A stretch of 64,000 nucleotides of DNA. Origin: Narcine bancroftii. Taxonomy: Eukaryota. The stretch lies in NCBI RefSeq assembly GCF_036971445.1, contig NC_091475.1:94178001-94242000 (forward strand). The letters are read 5' to 3'. The position numbers and the translations under genes are program-made. Positions 62,736 to 64,000 of the stretch are shown here, one piece after another. The notes below the pieces were generated by a model. That model was given only the letters and a program-made list of their open reading frames with translations. It was not told where the DNA came from and did not search any database. Each line of letters begins with the position of its first letter. Within the stretch, counting starts at the first letter, position 1.

Positions 62736-64000
62736 CAATAATTGTCTATTAGTCCTGTTCCAAGTTCACAGCTATCTTTTAATGAGCATGGTTCAAAATA
62801 CATTGGAGAAATCTGATCAAAGTGTTGTGATATCAGAAGCAGATGAAGCCCCTGAACCACCTGCTGGGCTCCACTTTGTCCTCCACCATGCAGCAGCATT
62901 GCCGTTAATTAAGAGGATTCATTTGTGCACTTTGAAAAATATTACACAGTAATAAAGACAAATCAGAGGTCTTTGGAGATTGCAGCATACATAATGTTTC
63001 TTCCAAATATTTGGTTATTCTCAGTGAGATTTCTGAGCAACAAAGCACAACTGTTCAATGCACTTGGGAAGTGTTAATACTAGGTGTATTCCAAGAACAT
63101 TTATTCCAGCATAAATTGAAGTTAAAACATAATTTGCTTGGAAACTTATTCCTGATTAGAAGTGCAAACCACATCTAATAATTGCACTTGCATCTAATGT
63201 TCTGCCTATGATATTGAGGTAAATATAATTTTACTGATAAAAGCATTGTGTTTAATTCTTTGTAACTCAGTATATCAGTTTGAATTGTTTTCATATTTAA
63301 CAAAAAAAAATTAACGTTAAATATCTGAGCACATTGATAGGTGTTGTTTGTAATATTTTACTGTTTAAGTTGAAGGAATTTAATGTATAATAGGATTACA
63401 AATGCAAGTTTGAGGAAAGGCCCACCAAAAGGGTTCTCTCTAAAGGAGTCAGCTGCAGTTGGTTGAAATCAGAGTAGAATTATTCTTAGCTATTCTAACT
63501 GCCAAAATCATTGCCCAAGTATCTTTTTTGCAGAGAAAAATATGTGTTATGTTCTCATCTCTCGTTGTTCTGGAATTTCCTGTAAAACTAGGAGGGAATG
63601 TATTGGGGCATGTTGGTGTTGTCAAGCAGCTTCATGTCAGCAGACGATGAAAGTAAACATCTACACCTGAAAGGTGTCTGTTCATCGTTTTTGTGAAAAT
63701 GGCATCTCACTGTTTCGCCTCTTTGTTGAATTCATTTAATTTGTGGGGGAGGGTGTAAAGTAAACTCTCACAAAGCTGTGATCTTGTTCATTTCAATACA
63801 AGGTGTTCTGTGATACAATTTTGTAAAATTTTGTGAAAGATCAGGGAATTTAAGGTTACTGGGAGATTCTCTTTTGCTTCTCTTTCTCTCTGACTGTAAG
63901 AAGTGCTTAGACAATTCCTGTTGGTGGCGAATCTGTCTGCTATGCAGCAGGCAAAAATAAATTTCATGTATTTATTGCTATGACAATAAATTTAATCTTG

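Noticed and set aside
63652-63670. GTAAACATCTACAC resembles mature miR-30b/c (TGTAAACATCCTACAC)
   Set aside because: One base is missing, the 5' nucleotide is wrong, and there is no complementary 3p arm (GGATGTTTAC) nearby.

Overview
Eukaryotic, AT-rich, transposon-dense DNA with no intact host gene that I can recognise. The repeat content (V-SINE/HE1-type SINEs, CR1, Rex1/Babar, L2 tails, L1, RTE, Penelope-type palindromic ends, Gypsy LTR elements) points to a vertebrate, most likely a cartilaginous fish (inference). Most ORF-track entries are transposon fragments or noise. The main structures are: (1) a full-length minus-strand L1 (4119-11028, 16-bp TSD) that splits a V-SINE and itself contains a young RTE; (2) two LTR-bounded Gypsy elements with TSDs (40429-43067, 54577-59440), several decayed CsRn1-like Gypsy pieces and solo LTRs; (3) a double fold-back rearrangement at 31.6-32.1 kb; (4) a composite hAT MITE; (5) hammerhead-like cores in Penelope ends; (6) TE-free islands that resemble conserved non-coding elements, plus one candidate micro-exon. 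There is an assembly gap at 53194-53349. The most notable lead is the Gypsy element at 54577-59440, which has no tRNA primer-binding site and instead carries a 13-nt antisense copy of its own LTR poly(A)-signal region. I see no evidence of a new multi-gene system. Family names come from motif recognition only; no searches were run.
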